Positions 59,937 through 64,000 of a DNA stretch of 64,000 bases are shown here, piece by piece. Numbering within the stretch: position 1 is the stretch's first letter; each line of letters begins with the position of its first letter. A program made the translations under genes and the position numbers. Where the stretch lies: assembly GCA_973895155.1 (NCBI GenBank), contig OZ316897.1:19230168-19294167 (forward strand). The letters are read 5' to 3'. The notes under the pieces are model-generated. The model saw only the letters and a program-made list of their open reading frames with translations. It was not told the DNA's origin and did no database searches. Source of the stretch: Marsupella aquatica (taxonomy: Eukaryota > Plantae > Marchantiophyta).

Positions 59937-62900
59937 CTTGTTGCCACATTTGCTAGGTATGATGAGGACCTCGGTCCATTTGCGGTAGTTTTAGTTCCTC
60001 TTTCTTGGTTTTTAGGGGTTTCCTTTTGCTCACTTCTTTTAGTTCCTATTTCTTGGTTTTTAGGGTTTCCTTTGGCTCCCTTCTTTTGCGTTTGGTTTTG
60101 TCCACTTGGGACCTCTCTTGTTTATTCTTTTGTACTCTATTTGGCCTTTTTCTGTAAAAAGTATGTGTATATTCACTATGCCCATTTTTGGTTCTTTTAT
60201 AGTCTGACAAGCCCTATGCCGGTGCATTGCATGGCACAAGGAGGGCCTGTCCATAGGGAGTGGGACTGGGGCATTTCTGGGCAGCATAGGGAAGCACATA
60301 TGCCCCAGGGGCGCCCATTTCCTCCATCAATGGTCAGGGAAAACAATCAAACAAATTCAACAGCTGTGAATTTTTCCCACCCAAGGGCTTTTTTGTATTG
60401 GGATGAAGGATGAAAAAAGGCGAGATCCCTTATTATAATTGTAGGTGTATAAACCCATTAGCAGGAACCCTGGTTCCCTCACAAATTCCTACACTCCAAA
60501 GTAGAATGTTTATGGCTTTTCTTTTGCCCACAATCCAAAAGTTTTCAATAAATGATTTAAACACCAGACTTGTTAGTTCCCAGCCAGGAGTTTGGACCAA
60601 TACAATAGACTTCACTGACATAGACTAGGTATATTAGACCAATGTGAAATTTCTGTAACACCATGAAATCAAGTTGCAACCGCACAAAGATGCCAGTAAA
60701 TAGGCCACCTCAACCCTTGTGACTGTTGTTGGCAGAAGAGGACTGAAAAACTGTTGCCCTCGCCCTTGTTTGTCCATCCTTCAAGTATGTTGTGGCGGGC
60801 TTCAAGTTCCCACTAACATGCATGTTCATACATATCTGGAGTCTGTCTTTCGATCATTCAAGGAGTTTATATTTGTTAAACTTCCTTTTGAAAGATTTTT
60901 TGTCTACTTAGACTACATCTTTCTAACAATAAGCCACCCACCGTCAAGATTGCTTTGGAAAAAAAAGCCACAAGTCTCACATCTTGTGAACACCCTTTCT
61001 CACTAATGATAAGATTCGTGTTGGCCCTTAGCCGAGTAATGACACTGGTACTGCAATTATTTTAGTGACAAAACTTTGCTAGATACCACTTCTGCAAAGG
61101 CATTGGCACTTTTAGCAAAACATTGCTAAGTTTTTTGTCTTCCATTAGTAAGTTTCCCACCTAGCTGAGTGGAAGATTCCTAGCATCTTCTCCTTCACAC
61201 AGGTGACATTGGCAAAAGGAAGAAACCTAACGAATGAAAATTTCTGTTTGGTCTTGACTCTATGGACCGAGACAATGTCCCTGCCCATCCCGGACTACTT
61301 AAATCCATCACCCAATTTACACTGGAAAAAAGGCATCGGCTTGGACAGCTCACTTTAGTGAAGAATGCTGCAAGTAGTTTGTTCAGGCAGCCTGACCAAT
61401 TTATTGCAATTACTGGTGTTTGGAAAACTACTCCTTTTTTCAGCATGTTCTCTAGTATCCAATCCATTACCTTACAATATTTGAGACTTTTATGAGGTCA
61501 TTTGCTCCACTTTCTATTAGCATGAAGATGACAAATTTTAAATCAAGTAAAAATACACTTTTTCTTTTTGCAAAGGACTCACTGAGTAATTTGGGCAGTA
61601 GCTAGCAATCATGGATTACCACTTTGCGAATGACTACCTGAGTAGTTGGGCATGGGTAGACTCTTATCATCAGATAAACAATTTCAATTATGTTGTAAAC
61701 AGTCAGGAGACTGTTTGAAGGTCACTGGGGTGCATAAAATGTTCCACTGAAGGCAAATAATTTAACACAAACCAATGAAATCATGGATTAAGTATATATG
61801 TAGTGATTTGCCTCTACACTCAGATCCCCCTAATCTTATGACTTGCTGTAACCAGGCAACTCTTCAAAGAGTATAACTACTTCAAGAATACATATTCTAT
61901 CTCAAAGACGCTTGACACATAGATCGCACCAGATATCACATATGGGCCAAAGTTGTAAAAGGTGTTTATCCAAGCTTTTGAAGGCATTCTGTCCAAGTCC
62001 AGCCAAGTTTTGCTAGTCCATCCAGTCTTCACAGCCAACCAGCCGGTCCATCCAAGCTTAGCTTCCGTCTATCTTTGGAACATGTAAAAGAAGAGATGGA
62101 GCTCAATTTTCCTATATCTTTAGAACAAGCAGTGGCAGTTGCCCTCCCAAGAAATGAAAAAGTGGGATTTACTAGATTGTCAATTTTTTGGTATAAACAT
62201 ATCTTGTCACTGAATTCTTTTCTATTTATCACAATTCCACTATTTTTGTTCATGGGTTAAGAAAACTAACTCAGGTTAGTTTTTTCACATCCAATGGTTG
62301 TCATCACTCCCAGTTTCTTGTTTGGACTGCCCAGGTCTCCTTCAAGCTAATTTTGACCACCCTTTGATCAACTTTCCAAGGGGTGGGTTGGGTCAGTCCT
62401 CCCATCCTATGCCCAACCTTTGTCCAGGGCCAGCTTGTCCCTAGGCATAACCTCAGCCTTTATCTTGTTGAGGGTGGTCAAAGTCATCTTCAGGAAGACC
62501 AGAGCCATCCTATGACGGCACTTGGTGCAATGAGAGCCAATTAATATAAATGAGCTGGGCCAGGTTAATTTTCTTAACATAAACAGTATGATAAATGGGA
62601 AAAATAAATATTCTTAATACAAGCATTCTGATAAATAGACAAGATCAGGAGGCAAAGTAGCTATTAGACCCAAAAAGATGGCATCTAGTAAATTCCGAAC
62701 GAAAAGTCACAAGTGTCACGTCTTGTAAAACCCCCTTGCTCGCAAACAGTAAGACTTCCGTTGTCCTTCAGCCGAGTCACGAGTGGGGCTCGAGCACTGT
62801 GCCCAGTACTCGCCGACTGGGCGGGCCCGAAGCCGATCGATGGCCCGCTCGATTCCATCGAAACAATCATGGGGCTGAGCTCCAACTTCCCAATCCCGGG

Positions 62901-64000
62901 ATGGATTCTCATCCCTGATCCCCGATTAATTTAGAGCTCGCTCGCTGCCCACTCCCATAGCTTAGCTCAACAGCTGCTGCTGTCGGCTCGCTCAGTTCTG
63001 GAAAAGTCGAAGGGAGTACTGTGATTAGAAGTACCGCCCTTCGAATGTGGCTGACAGCAGCAATTATTGTGCTGGAATCAATCCCGTTCCTGTGCTCGCA
63101 AGCGAGAGGACGAGCGACGTATCGTACCTGATGAGCTTCGGAGCTGCAGAGTGCCGGTGGAGAAACGTGCTGCCTCCGTTTTGGTTTGTTGTGTATCTCG
63201 TTGGCGTTCTGCGGGGGTTTGTTCTTTTATCTTTTCGTCGGTTTGATGTCGTAGAGCTCTAGAGTGGAGTTTTGTTTTGTGTCTTCTTTACGAAGAAGAG
63301 TGTGGCGCTCGCGGAGCGGGGCGAGCCATTCACTCGTCGTCAAGATCCGCTGTTGATGTAGTCTTGAACTCGCGGAGTCGCTGTGGAGAACTTGGAGGAG
63401 CTTATCTCGTCTCTGTTCGTGCTGCTATGCTAACGACTGGGTTGACGGGGAGAGAGGGAGGGAGGGAGAGCTCCAGCTGCACACGAATGTCGGTTGAAGG
63501 CTTCGAGAAATTGGAGTCAGGTTTCGTTGTATTTGTGGAATGCAGCGAGCATTATTAGTGACGATGTTCGAGGAGAATTTCGTGCATTAGGGTTAGCTGT
63601 GGAGGAAGAGAAATTCTGGTGTTTTTGCTTGGTGAACACGTTCGTACGACGAGGTAGGGCTGCTGCTGGACCTCGAAGGGAGGAAGGCCCGGAGCCGATA
63701 CGTCGGTCTTTCTTCTGGCGGGTAACATTGTGGAAGGAAGGACGGAAAATTCCTTCAAAGCAGGGACAGGTACAGTGACGGGGTCTCGGGGTGACGCAGG
63801 TCTGACTTTTATCAGTTGAACAAATGTGGACGAAGAGGACAACGAATGCTCATTGTTAGGTCAGCGAAGTGGCTTCAACACAGTCGAACACGACTGCGGG
63901 TGAATCTGAATGAGGACATTGGGTCGGTGCTGAGAGGAGCTCGTAGAGGAAGAAGGCAGGCACAGAGGTTCTGCGGACAGGGCTCTCTTTCAAAGCTGCC

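Noticed and set aside
60400-62300. Possible decayed transposase on the minus strand
   Set aside because: Only short frames with frequent stops and no motif I can name with confidence.
62900-64000. GC-rich region with several short ORFs at the window end
   Set aside because: No recognisable domain or splice structure; it may belong to a feature extending beyond the window.

Overview
Land-plant nuclear DNA (GT-AG introns, plant-type genes and transposons); a non-seed plant is plausible but cannot be fixed from this window. 1-3.2 kb is the degenerate 3' half of a Ty1/copia element. 6-27 kb is a gene island: an SDR/carbonyl reductase, a small two-exon ORF just upstream of a decayed EMB2735-like gene, a DTW-domain tRNA aminocarboxypropyltransferase, an aberrant L-type lectin receptor kinase with a truncated kinase, and CSN5. 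29.9-51.9 kb is a transposon nest whose boundaries can be read from the sequence: an outer short-LTR element with a half-tRNA-Ile PBS holds a solo LTR (TSD TCTCC), a SINE and a full-length copia (TSD ATAAG), and that copia holds a 9.9-kb CACTA (TSD AAG) and a 1.6-kb non-autonomous CACTA (TSD TAA). Top finding: the large CACTA carries an intact SET-domain (lysine methyltransferase-like) exon between the first coding exon and the core exons of its transposase. One phase-0 donor can splice in frame either to the SET exon or to TnpD, suggesting a transposon-encoded chromatin-modifying system. Second finding: an intronless 1130-aa vWA + zinc-finger + RBR-type E3 ligase gene (53.7-57.1 kb) that does not look like a plant RBR and is a horizontal-transfer candidate. 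Family assignments come from motif recognition by eye; no searches were run.
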